Shown: one piece after another, positions 1-8,354 of the stretch | How positions within the stretch are numbered: position 1 is the first letter of the stretch | Layout of the letters: each line of letters begins with the position of its first letter | Origin: a virus | Lineage: Duplodnaviria > Caudoviricetes | Length of the DNA: 60,874 nucleotides | IMG/VR virus record: IMGVR_UViG_3300046018_000110 | Span: 1 to 60,874 of that record | Direction: 5' to 3' (one strand) | Program-made: the position numbers and the translations under genes | Notes under the pieces: model-generated | The model's database searches: none | What the model saw: only the letters and a program-made list of their open reading frames with translations | Told to the model about the DNA's origin: nothing

Positions 1-127
1 GCGTCACCGCGTTCGACACGCCGGGGGTCGTCCGGTACCCCACGACGCAGGCCTTCGGCAACTTCCTCTGGGACCGTACGTCGCTGGAGATCGACTCGTT
101 CGTCAAGGGCAAGACGGTCCAGTGCTC
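1..127. repeat. Terminal overlap (identical to 60748-60874); the contig is a circularised genome
   Basis: Exact 127-bp identity between the window start and end; the reading frame of the 59448 gene continues across the junction. Confidence 0.97.
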
Positions 128-746
128 AGTGTTCTCGACGACCTACGGCAAGTACCGGGTCTTCTTCACCGACGGCACGGCCCTCAGCGGGTGGCCCAAC
201 ACCTCGATCACCGGCGTCGGCAACATGAAGGTCGACTTCGACTGGACCGTGCTCGACTACGGCACGGCCATGCTCCTGGCAGAGCACGACGAGATCGCCG
301 GCATCGGGCGCACCTTCTACGCCGACGCGAACGGGTGGGTCTACGAGGCCGACGTCGGCCGCAGCTTCGCCGGCGCGCAGATCACCGCCGGCATCGCGCT
401 GTGCCCCATGTCGCAGAACAGTCCCCTGGTGCTGAAGACCTACAAGGCGCTGCAGCTCGAGATCGCGGCGAGCAGCGCCTGCTCCCTGTACACGCGCGGG
501 GACTTCACGGACAGCGACACCTCGGAGACCGAGGTGCTCGCGCAGTACGGCAACGGCCTGCTGTGGGACTTGACGAACTGGGACCAGTCGTACTGGGGCG
601 TGCCTGACGCGTCGCGCAACCGCGTGGCCTTCGGCGGCAATGGCACCTCGGCGATCCTCTACATCACCTCGCAGTCCAACTCCGAGCTGCCCCACACGAT
701 CACGGCCACGACCCTCCTCTACATCCAGCGAAGGCTGATCCGATGA
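1..746 (+). CDS. C-terminal part of tail nozzle/DNA-stabilisation protein (gene starts at 59448 and spans the junction; about 681 aa in total)
   Basis: Frame continuous from ATG 59448 through the overlap to stop 746; position after the head-tail adaptor gene. Confidence 0.75.
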   Translation, partial: VTAFDTPGVVRYPTTQAFGNFLWDRTSLEIDSFVKGKTVQCSVFSTTYGKYRVFFTDGTALSGWPNTSITGVGNMKVDFDWTVLDYGTAMLLAEHDEIAGIGRTFYADANGWVYEADVGRSFAGAQITAGIALCPMSQNSPLVLKTYKALQLEIAASSACSLYTRGDFTDSDTSETEVLAQYGNGLLWDLTNWDQSYWGVPDASRNRVAFGGNGTSAILYITSQSNSELPHTITATTLLYIQRRLIR

Positions 747-1294
747 CCAACCGCTTCTACAGCAACACCTTCACCGCGGCGCTGGGCTCGCGCGCGTCCT
801 CGACGTCCGTCTACAACCAGCTGAAGGCGCTCGAGTCGGCGCTCACGCTCGTCCAGGCGGAGCTCGACGCCTCGGGCGGCAAGGCCGGCATCACCTCGCT
901 GCCGGGGTTCCCGGCCTCCTTCTCGGGCCTGGGCTACAAGCAGCTGCGAGTCAACGCCGCAGAGAGCTCGGTCGAGGCCTCGAACGGCATCCGGGTCATC
1001 AGCGTCCTGGCGAGCCGGGACATCGCGGCCAGTGACATCGGCGCGCTCCTGGTGTGCAACAGCGCGAGCCCGATAACGCTCACGATCCAGCCCGTCGGGA
1101 CGGTGGCGATCGACGTCGAGTCACCGTTCATGGTCATGCAGTTGGGCGCCGGCAAGGTCACGCTGGCCGCCGGCGCGGGGGTGTCGCTCTACTCCAGCGG
1201 GGGGCTGTACTCGACCAATGGGCTGTACGCGCAGATCACGGCCATGCAGATCGCTTCGAATGGCTGGGCCATCGGCGGGGACAGGGTCGCCTGA
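743..1294 (+). CDS. Virion/tail-associated protein (tail fibre adaptor-like)
   Basis: ATGA coupling; C-terminal beta domain ending WAIGGD of a type common in phage tail proteins. Confidence 0.55.
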   Translation: MTNRFYSNTFTAALGSRASSTSVYNQLKALESALTLVQAELDASGGKAGITSLPGFPASFSGLGYKQLRVNAAESSVEASNGIRVISVLASRDIAASDIGALLVCNSASPITLTIQPVGTVAIDVESPFMVMQLGAGKVTLAAGAGVSLYSSGGLYSTNGLYAQITAMQIASNGWAIGGDRVA

Positions 1295-3600
1295 TGTTCG
1301 GCGCCTACGCCAGCCGGCAGATGAAAGTCACGGCCGCGAACGGCGCCTCGGGGCAGGTCTGTGTACCCGACCCCTACTGGGCCAACGTAACAGTACAGTT
1401 GCACTGCGACGGCACGAACCTCAGTACAACAGTCCCCGACACATGCTTGGTCCCGAACACCTTCACGTGCAACGGCAACGCCAAGCTCAGCACGACGCAG
1501 GCCAAGTTCGGCTCGACGTCGGCCCTCTTCGATGGCTCGGGCGACTTCTTGCGCGCCCCTCATGCGACCGGTCTGGATATCCCGACGGGGGACTTCTGTG
1601 TCGAGTGTTGGGTGTGGCTGTCCGCGCTGGCTGGCAGCGTCATCCTCACCAAGGCCACAGGCACGGGGGTGTACCCCTACCAGTTGTGGTACGACAATCT
1701 GAGCGGCAAGTTCGGGTTCCGCGCGTGTGACAACACCTCGGTGCTCGTCTCCATTCTCGGCACGACGACGGCGCTCACCGGGCGCTGGTACCACATCGCC
1801 GGGGTCCGCTCAGGCACGACGTACACGCTGTACGTCAGCGGGGTCGCTGAAGCCACAACGATCAACGCTACCACCCCCATGCGAAGCAACGCGTCGGACC
1901 CCCTGGTGATCGGGGCGTACACCGACGGCACCTTCTGCGTGAACGGCTTCATCGATGAGGTCCGCATCACCAAGGGGGCTGCGCGGTACACCACCAACTT
2001 CACCCCCGGGACCGTCGCCAACTGTGACGGCCTGAACGCGATCAACATCGTGGGCAGCCCGGTACCGCCCGGGCCCGGGCTGGCCTTCTCTGCCTCTGCT
2101 CGTGCGTCCCTGTTCGGCGTCACGGGCTCCGCAGTAGGCACGGTCACGCTGGCCACCATCACCTGTTCGGACGCGACCATGACGATCCGGACATCGGAGA
2201 CGGTTCCGGGCCTGACGTTCGCCTACGCGTCCAACGTGCTCACGATCTCGGGCACCCCGACGACGCCCACGGGCCTGCACCGCGTCACCGTCACCTACGT
2301 TGCATCGGATGGGGTCACCATCCGCGGCAGTACCACGCACGAGATCACGATCGTCAGCGCGACGGAAGTGCTGACCATCGGGTCCATGGCCGGCGCGTCG
2401 GGCAAGGTGGGCATCCCGATGAACGCGACGCTCGCGGTCCCCAGCGCGAACTTCGTACGCCAAGTCAACGCGGTGGTCAGCGGCAGCGTTCCCGGCGTCA
2501 CGGTCACCCTGGCGTGGCCTGCGACTCCCGCCGGCGCGAGCGCGCCGATCACCGGACCCTTGGTCTTGTCGGGCACCCCGACGCTCGACGGCACGTTCCC
2601 ACTGTCAGTGACCTACTACAGCAACGGGGTCAGCCTGGGCACCTCGACACACAGCGTCGTGATCGGCGCCGCGTACGTCGCGCCACCTCCGGCCCCCGCC
2701 CCGGCGCCGGGCCCCACGCCGCCGGCCCCCTCGCCCCCACCGGTGCCCTCGCCCGCACCGCAGCCCGGCTACGCGACAGACCCGTACTACTCGAGCGTCA
2801 AGGTGCTGATGCACTGCGACAACCAGAGAGGGCAGACCTACAACGCCAAGGACGGCAGTTCCTTCATCCCTACCGCGACCATCTATGGCGCGGCCGGGGC
2901 GGTTGCGGAGGGGCTCCGGCTGACCTACGACAACTTCTACCATCGTCCTCCGGGAGTCGGGGGGATCCTGGCAGCACCTTCGGGCCTGGACAGCGCGACG
3001 TTGACGGCCGAGTGCATGGTCGACATCGACGCGACCGCCTGGGCGGCGCTGACCGCGAGCGGGTCGGATACGAGGTTCTCTCCGGTGCTGTCCTGCTGGG
3101 ACCGGACGGGGGCGCTCCTGTGGACCCTCGGCTTCGGTAGCTGGATAGTCAGCGGCCCGACGCGTCTCGTAGGCCCCGTGTTCTACAACGGCACGGGCTA
3201 CGCCGGCTTTGGCCTGGGTTCAGTCCCGGGGCAGGCGATACCTTTCCGGCCGGGCCGGTTTATCCATCTGGCGGGCAGCCGCTCGCCGGCGAGTGCGGGC
3301 AATACCAACCTGACTTTGTGGGCTGACGGTCTCGGGGGCTCCACGTACACGGTGAGCACGAGCTCGCTCTTGACGAGCACCAACAACGGCGTCGTTGCCC
3401 CGGCGCAGTTCATCGTCGGGGGAGCACAGCCCTCGATGCCTGTCGGGCTCCCCGGCGGCGCGGTGACCTTCGTTCCCTTCTCGGGGGTGGTCGATGAAGT
3501 GCGCGTGACAGCGGCCTCCAGGTACCTCGCCTTCGTCAACTCCCCGACCTCCCTGACGCTGCCCGTCCAGAGTCGCGTCATCCCCTGGCCGGATGCGTAA
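1294..3600 (+). CDS. Tail fibre/receptor-binding protein with two LamG (ConA-like) domains, Ig-like repeats and a Pro-rich linker
   Basis: DPYWANV..LHCDG...GFIDEVRITKGAARY and DPYYSSV..MHCD...GVVDEVRVTAASRY motifs; SGTPT repeats; start ATG 1294 overlaps the upstream stop. Confidence 0.8.
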   Translation: MFGAYASRQMKVTAANGASGQVCVPDPYWANVTVQLHCDGTNLSTTVPDTCLVPNTFTCNGNAKLSTTQAKFGSTSALFDGSGDFLRAPHATGLDIPTGDFCVECWVWLSALAGSVILTKATGTGVYPYQLWYDNLSGKFGFRACDNTSVLVSILGTTTALTGRWYHIAGVRSGTTYTLYVSGVAEATTINATTPMRSNASDPLVIGAYTDGTFCVNGFIDEVRITKGAARYTTNFTPGTVANCDGLNAINIVGSPVPPGPGLAFSASARASLFGVTGSAVGTVTLATITCSDATMTIRTSETVPGLTFAYASNVLTISGTPTTPTGLHRVTVTYVASDGVTIRGSTTHEITIVSATEVLTIGSMAGASGKVGIPMNATLAVPSANFVRQVNAVVSGSVPGVTVTLAWPATPAGASAPITGPLVLSGTPTLDGTFPLSVTYYSNGVSLGTSTHSVVIGAAYVAPPPAPAPAPGPTPPAPSPPPVPSPAPQPGYATDPYYSSVKVLMHCDNQRGQTYNAKDGSSFIPTATIYGAAGAVAEGLRLTYDNFYHRPPGVGGILAAPSGLDSATLTAECMVDIDATAWAALTASGSDTRFSPVLSCWDRTGALLWTLGFGSWIVSGPTRLVGPVFYNGTGYAGFGLGSVPGQAIPFRPGRFIHLAGSRSPASAGNTNLTLWADGLGGSTYTVSTSSLLTSTNNGVVAPAQFIVGGAQPSMPVGLPGGAVTFVPFSGVVDEVRVTAASRYLAFVNSPTSLTLPVQSRVIPWPDA

Positions 3601-3606
3601 GTGGAA

Positions 3607-3623
3607 GTCAGTCGTGCTATCAT
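3607..3623 (+). promoter_or_regulatory. Extended -10 promoter (TGcTATCAT) overlapped by operator-like GTCAG-N5-CTATC
   Basis: Sequence motif in intergenic DNA upstream of a terminator and the holin genes. Confidence 0.5.
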
Positions 3624-3656
3624 CCCCCGCGGGGCAGTCCGTCCCGAAAATCCACC

Positions 3657-3681
3657 AAGGCCGCCTCTGAGCGGCCTTTTT
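3657..3681 (+). terminator. Intrinsic terminator
   Basis: AAGGCCGC-CTCTGA-GCGGCCTT followed by a T run. Confidence 0.8.
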
Positions 3682-3696
3682 CACAGGGGCTTGCCG

Positions 3697-3882
3697 ATGA
3701 CGTCTGAACCCGCCACCGACCTGCTCGCCTTGATGAGGCTCTTCGTGATCTGGGCCGGGACCATCTGGGGTCTCGTGACCCTCCAAGGTGTCGTTCTGAC
3801 CCTCACGGCCTTGTTCACTGCGCTCCAGATCTACGTGCTGGTGCGCGACAAGATCTGGAAGCCTCGGAAGGAGAAGTCCTGA
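3697..3882 (+). CDS. Small membrane protein, putative holin/antiholin
   Basis: 61 aa, hydrophobic segment(s), basic C-terminus. Confidence 0.55.
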   Translation: MTSEPATDLLALMRLFVIWAGTIWGLVTLQGVVLTLTALFTALQIYVLVRDKIWKPRKEKS

Positions 3883-4403
3883 TGGCTTGGCTCGACACAC
3901 TCAAGACCCTGGCGCCGACCGTCGCCACGGCGCTCGGCGGCCCGCTGGCGGGCGCGGCCGTGTCCGCGCTCGGATCGATCTTCGGCGTGTCGGATGCCTC
4001 GCAGGACACGGTGGCCAAGGTCATCGAAGACGGGCGCCTCACGCCCGACCATCTGGCCGAGATCCGCAAGCTCGAGCTGCAGTACCTGAACGACGAGAAG
4101 GAACGTGGCTTCAAGTACGCGGACCTCGCGTTCCAAGACCGTGACAGCGCCCGCAAGGCCAACGTGGCCGGCGGCACGCAGCGGTACCTCTTCTGGCTCT
4201 CGCTGCTGCTGCTGTGCGCGTGCCTGGGCTCCGAGATCGTGGTGCTGTTCAACGGGTACCCGAAGGCGGTCCCCGAGATCATCGTCGGCCGCGTCCTGGG
4301 CCTGCTGGACAGCGTGGCCCTCCTGGTGCTCGGCTACTGGTACGGGACCAGCGCGCCGCAGCCGGCGGCGACGCCCCACCTGATGCCCCCTCAGAAAGCC
4401 TGA
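3882..4403 (+). CDS. Holin-like membrane protein (3TM/GTA-holin-like)
   Basis: APTVATALGGPLAGAAV N-terminus, DRDSAR motif, C-terminal TM helices ending GYWYGTS. Confidence 0.7.
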   Translation: MAWLDTLKTLAPTVATALGGPLAGAAVSALGSIFGVSDASQDTVAKVIEDGRLTPDHLAEIRKLELQYLNDEKERGFKYADLAFQDRDSARKANVAGGTQRYLFWLSLLLLCACLGSEIVVLFNGYPKAVPEIIVGRVLGLLDSVALLVLGYWYGTSAPQPAATPHLMPPQKA

Positions 4404-4404
4404 C

Positions 4405-5697
4405 ATGGCCAACCCCCCAGAAAACGGACTGCCCGCGGCCGTCACTGACGCCCAGGCGCCGAAGACCGACGCCGGCCTGATCTCTGGCGCGATGGCCCCG
4501 GCGCCGACCGTGGCGACGGGCACCACGGCCAACAAGGTCGCCACGGTCGACCCGACGCAGTTCGACCCCTCGAAGACCTCGGCTGCCACCGCAGCCGCGG
4601 GGCAGGCCACGACCACCGCGGCCACTGCGGGGCAGGCGGGCACCACCACGGCAGCCACCAACCAGGGCTCGACCACGGCCTGGAACGTGGACCCGAACCA
4701 GACCGTCCAAGGTCAGGTGCAGGGCATCATCGCGGCCAACAGCCCGCTGCAGCAGCAGGCCGAGGCGCGCTCCCGCGCCCAGGCGAACAGCAAGGGGCTG
4801 CTGAACAGCAGCATGGCGGTGACCGCCGGCCAGTCCGCACTGTACGACGCGGCCATGCCGATCGCCACGGCCGACGCGGCCACCTACGGCAACGCCGCGC
4901 ACTTCAATGCTGACGCGAACAACCAGATGTCCCAGTTCAACACGGGGCAGGCCAATCAAGTCGGCGAGTTCAACGCCGGCGCTGCGAACGACACCTCGAA
5001 GTTCAACGCCAGCGCGAACACGGACGTCAGCAAGACGAACGCGGCAGCCGAGAACAACGCCTCGCAGTTCAACGTGGGCACGACCACCCAGGCGAACGAG
5101 TTCAATGCAGGCCAGAAGAACCAGCTGCAGGGCCAACTCTTGCAGCAGACCCAGCAGGCCCAGACCACCAACGCGGCCGCGCAGAACGAAGCGAACCGGT
5201 TCGACGCGCAGTCGGGGCTGCAGGCCTCCCTGGCGAACGCGGACAACGCGGTCAAGCAGAGCGCGCAGCAGTACGACGGCGCCGTCAAGGTGGCGATGCA
5301 GAACGCGGACGCGGCCGGCAAGCTGCAGCTGCAGCAGATCGACGCCTACACGCGCACGAATCTGGCCAACATCCAGGCCCAGTACAACGTGCAGATGCAG
5401 ACCAGTGCGTCGATGTCCAGCACCTACCAGAACATGGTCGACAACATCACCAAGGTGATGCAGGACACCTCCCTGGACCCCGCCGGCATGAAGGCCGCGG
5501 TGGAGAACTTGGTCGGCCTGTACAACGGCGCCCTCCAGGCGCAGTCCGCCATCACCGGCCTGAACCTCGGCAGCCTCTTGAGCTCCGACTCCATGCAGAA
5601 CGTCGCGGCGCCAGGAGGTGCTCCCGCGCCAGGAAGGACGCCCAACCCGACCCCCACCCCCGCGCAACCGGGGGGTGAAGCCGGCGCCGGCAACTGA
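4405..5697 (+). CDS. Internal virion/ejection protein with 11-residue Q/N-rich repeats
   Basis: xFNAxxxNQxS hendecad repeats; A/Q/N-rich helical sequence. Confidence 0.6.
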   Translation: MANPPENGLPAAVTDAQAPKTDAGLISGAMAPAPTVATGTTANKVATVDPTQFDPSKTSAATAAAGQATTTAATAGQAGTTTAATNQGSTTAWNVDPNQTVQGQVQGIIAANSPLQQQAEARSRAQANSKGLLNSSMAVTAGQSALYDAAMPIATADAATYGNAAHFNADANNQMSQFNTGQANQVGEFNAGAANDTSKFNASANTDVSKTNAAAENNASQFNVGTTTQANEFNAGQKNQLQGQLLQQTQQAQTTNAAAQNEANRFDAQSGLQASLANADNAVKQSAQQYDGAVKVAMQNADAAGKLQLQQIDAYTRTNLANIQAQYNVQMQTSASMSSTYQNMVDNITKVMQDTSLDPAGMKAAVENLVGLYNGALQAQSAITGLNLGSLLSSDSMQNVAAPGGAPAPGRTPNPTPTPAQPGGEAGAGN

Positions 5698-6059
5698 TGA
5701 CGCCGGCGACCATCGATGTGTTCGAGCAGTGGGCCGGCATGAGCCCCGGGCTGCTGCAGGGGTGGGAGCCCCACGGGGTCTACCGAGACGGCGAGCTCGC
5801 CGGCATCGGGGTGGTGCACGGCAAGGAGATCCACTTCGCGGCCGCCCCCGAGTGGCGCGGCCGGCTGATGCTGCGGGGCGTTGTGAGGAACTTCCTGGGT
5901 CGCCTGTTCGATGACCTGGGGTTCTTGACGACGCGGGTGCAGTGCTGCGACCAAGTCTCACAGAGGTTCGTGCAGCGCCTGGGCTTTGAGTTCACAGGCT
6001 CCGACGAGACCTTCCATTACTACATGCTGTCGGCGCTGCCGTACACCAGGGAGAACTGA
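5697..6059 (+). CDS. GNAT-fold acetyltransferase-like virion assembly protein
   Basis: EIHFAAAPEWRGR and RFVQRLGF motifs; position before ejection genes as in podoviruses. Confidence 0.7.
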   Translation: MTPATIDVFEQWAGMSPGLLQGWEPHGVYRDGELAGIGVVHGKEIHFAAAPEWRGRLMLRGVVRNFLGRLFDDLGFLTTRVQCCDQVSQRFVQRLGFEFTGSDETFHYYMLSALPYTREN

Positions 6060-6060
6060 C

Positions 6061-6951
6061 ATGCCGATGGCCGTCCCTCTTCTCGTCGCCGGGCTCGAAG
6101 TCGCCGGTGGCATCGAGGCCATCGGTGGCCTCGCCGCGATCGCCGCGGGTACCGCTGAGATGACCGTCGCGGGCGGGCTGATGCTCGCCGGCGGCGCCAT
6201 GTCGGCGATCGGAACACTCACGCACGACACGACCCTGACCAAGCTCGGCGCCATCGCCGGGCTGGCCGGCGGCGTCACGCAGCTGGTCAGCGGCGCTTCC
6301 GGCGCCGCGGGCTCGATGGGCGCCGGTGCGGACGCTGCCGACGCGGCCACCGCACCCCTGGCGCAGACAGGCACCAGCACGATCCCGATCGAGGACGCTG
6401 CCTCCGCGGCCCCGCAAGCGGCCCAGACCCCGACGGTCCCACAAGGGGGCCCGGGCGACGCGGCGGACCTCGCCTCAACCGGCAGCGCGGCGCCTCCCGG
6501 CGCCGCCAACGCGCCGATGTCCAACACCCCGGTGCAGGATCTGGTTCCGGGCGCCAACACAACCGGCAATACAACCGGCACCCCGCCGCCCCTCACCGGC
6601 AGCGACGCGCACTTCAACGACATGCCGGCGCTGAGCAACTCCGGCGCCTCCCCGCCGCCCAGCAGCGGCGGTCTGATCATGGACAAGCTGAACGCGGCAG
6701 GCAAGTGGGTCAAGGACAACAAGGAGCTCGCCCAGGTCGGCGGGTACATGGCCTCCGGCGCGATGAAGTCCGCCAGCGACCAAGACCTGCTGAAGACCAA
6801 GCTGCAGCTCGAGGAAGAGATAATCAACCGTCAGAAGGCCCGCCACGGCAGCGCTGTCGCCGGTACCCGCGGCGCGATGCCCAACTACGTGCCCGCCCCC
6901 GGCGGCGCCGGCGCGGTGCGCCCGCTGCCCCAACCCACCCCCGGAGGCTGA
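6061..6951 (+). CDS. Internal virion (ejection) protein with hydrophobic Gly/Ala N-terminus
   Basis: ATG 6061 after GGAG; composition and synteny. Confidence 0.55.
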   Translation: MPMAVPLLVAGLEVAGGIEAIGGLAAIAAGTAEMTVAGGLMLAGGAMSAIGTLTHDTTLTKLGAIAGLAGGVTQLVSGASGAAGSMGAGADAADAATAPLAQTGTSTIPIEDAASAAPQAAQTPTVPQGGPGDAADLASTGSAAPPGAANAPMSNTPVQDLVPGANTTGNTTGTPPPLTGSDAHFNDMPALSNSGASPPPSSGGLIMDKLNAAGKWVKDNKELAQVGGYMASGAMKSASDQDLLKTKLQLEEEIINRQKARHGSAVAGTRGAMPNYVPAPGGAGAVRPLPQPTPGG

Positions 6952-6954
6952 TCC

Positions 6955-7467
6955 ATGGCCGGTCTCGTCCAATCGCGGATGGCGAATAGCCCCGCTGTCC
7001 TGTCGCCCCAAGCGATGGAGGCGCAGATGAAGCTGAACCCGCAGCAGAAGCAGCAGGTCCAGCGCGTCGTCATCGCGGGCATGAAGGTGATGTTCTCGCC
7101 CCAGTCGCACCAGCTCGTGCTGAAGACCTTGCAGGGCCCGGGATCGATCGACCAAAAGCTCGGGCAGGGGATCGCTGGCCTGATGGGTCTCTTGCTGCAG
7201 GAAGCCAAGGGGAGCATCCCCGCGCCACTGGTGATCCCGGCCGCGCTGATCCTGCTGGCGCACGCGGTGGACTTCCTGAACAAGGCGGGTCAGCAAGTGC
7301 CGCCCCAGGCGATCGGCTCGGCGGTGAAGATCCTCATCAGCTTGATCCTGAAGGCCGGCAAGATGGATCCTGACAAGGTGATGGCCAACGCCCAGGCGCA
7401 CCCGGGCACCGGCGCGCCGGCTGCGCCCATGGCTCCCCCGCAGCCGCCGCAAGGGGTAATGCAATGA
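6955..7467 (+). CDS. Hypothetical virion-associated protein
   Basis: ORF in operon with genome-typical codon usage. Confidence 0.55.
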   Translation: MAGLVQSRMANSPAVLSPQAMEAQMKLNPQQKQQVQRVVIAGMKVMFSPQSHQLVLKTLQGPGSIDQKLGQGIAGLMGLLLQEAKGSIPAPLVIPAALILLAHAVDFLNKAGQQVPPQAIGSAVKILISLILKAGKMDPDKVMANAQAHPGTGAPAAPMAPPQPPQGVMQ

Positions 7468-8354
7468 GCATCGCCGGCATCGTCGCGGGCGGCCTCGGCG
7501 CTGCCGGGCAGGCCATCGGGGATCAGGCCGGCAAGGCGATCGAGGAAGAGCACAAGGGCGCCCTGGCCCAGCAGATGGCCGACATCGACCTCGCCAAGCA
7601 CAAGGCCGCCGAGGACTACAAGGTGCAGCTGGAGAACCAGCAGCGCACCGCGCAGGTCGGCCGCATCGACGAGGCGTCGAAGGGCATCATCGCCAGCCGC
7701 CAGAACGACAAGATCAACTCGCTGTACGGACCCGACAGCAAGCTGACTGCGGATGACATCTCCGACGAGGAGCGCGCCGCCATACCGCTGTCGGCCGGCG
7801 AGCGGCGCGACGCGCGCCTGGAGGCCGCGGAGCAGACGGGCGACATCGACCCGAAGACCATGGCCACGACCACGACCAAGCAGGACGTGGCGCAGAGGCA
7901 GATGGAAGGCCTGCTGCAGAAGATCCAGAGTGAGGCCGACTCTCGCAACATGCGCTCGGACATCATGCTGAAGATCGCGGAAATGAAGCAGGGCAACTCC
8001 GGCAACGACAAGGTGCTGGGGCACCTGATGCTGTCGCAGTTCGACCGCAAGATGTCGCTCAACGAGGCGGAGATCAAGAGCCTGCGCGCGAGCCGCTCCC
8101 AGATCCTGCCGACTGACAAAGCGGGGCTCACCGACGTCGACACCCAGATCTCCGCGCTCAAGGCTGCCAACGACCGCCTGCTGCACGGCCAGATCGCGTT
8201 TGCCAAGGGCCTGGGCATCGAGAACCTCGACAGCCTGGAGGCCCCCGACAAGCCGGCACCCGGCGCCCCGAAGCCGGGCGGCAACCAGACCATGCCGCTG
8301 CCAGGGCAGCCCAAGTCGGCGTCGGGTGTGGTTGACTGGTCGAGCCTCAAGTAA
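7464..8354 (+). CDS. Internal virion (ejection) protein, coiled-coil
   Basis: Gly-rich N-terminus, helical, coupled starts/stops. Confidence 0.55.
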   Translation: MSIAGIVAGGLGAAGQAIGDQAGKAIEEEHKGALAQQMADIDLAKHKAAEDYKVQLENQQRTAQVGRIDEASKGIIASRQNDKINSLYGPDSKLTADDISDEERAAIPLSAGERRDARLEAAEQTGDIDPKTMATTTTKQDVAQRQMEGLLQKIQSEADSRNMRSDIMLKIAEMKQGNSGNDKVLGHLMLSQFDRKMSLNEAEIKSLRASRSQILPTDKAGLTDVDTQISALKAANDRLLHGQIAFAKGLGIENLDSLEAPDKPAPGAPKPGGNQTMPLPGQPKSASGVVDWSSLK

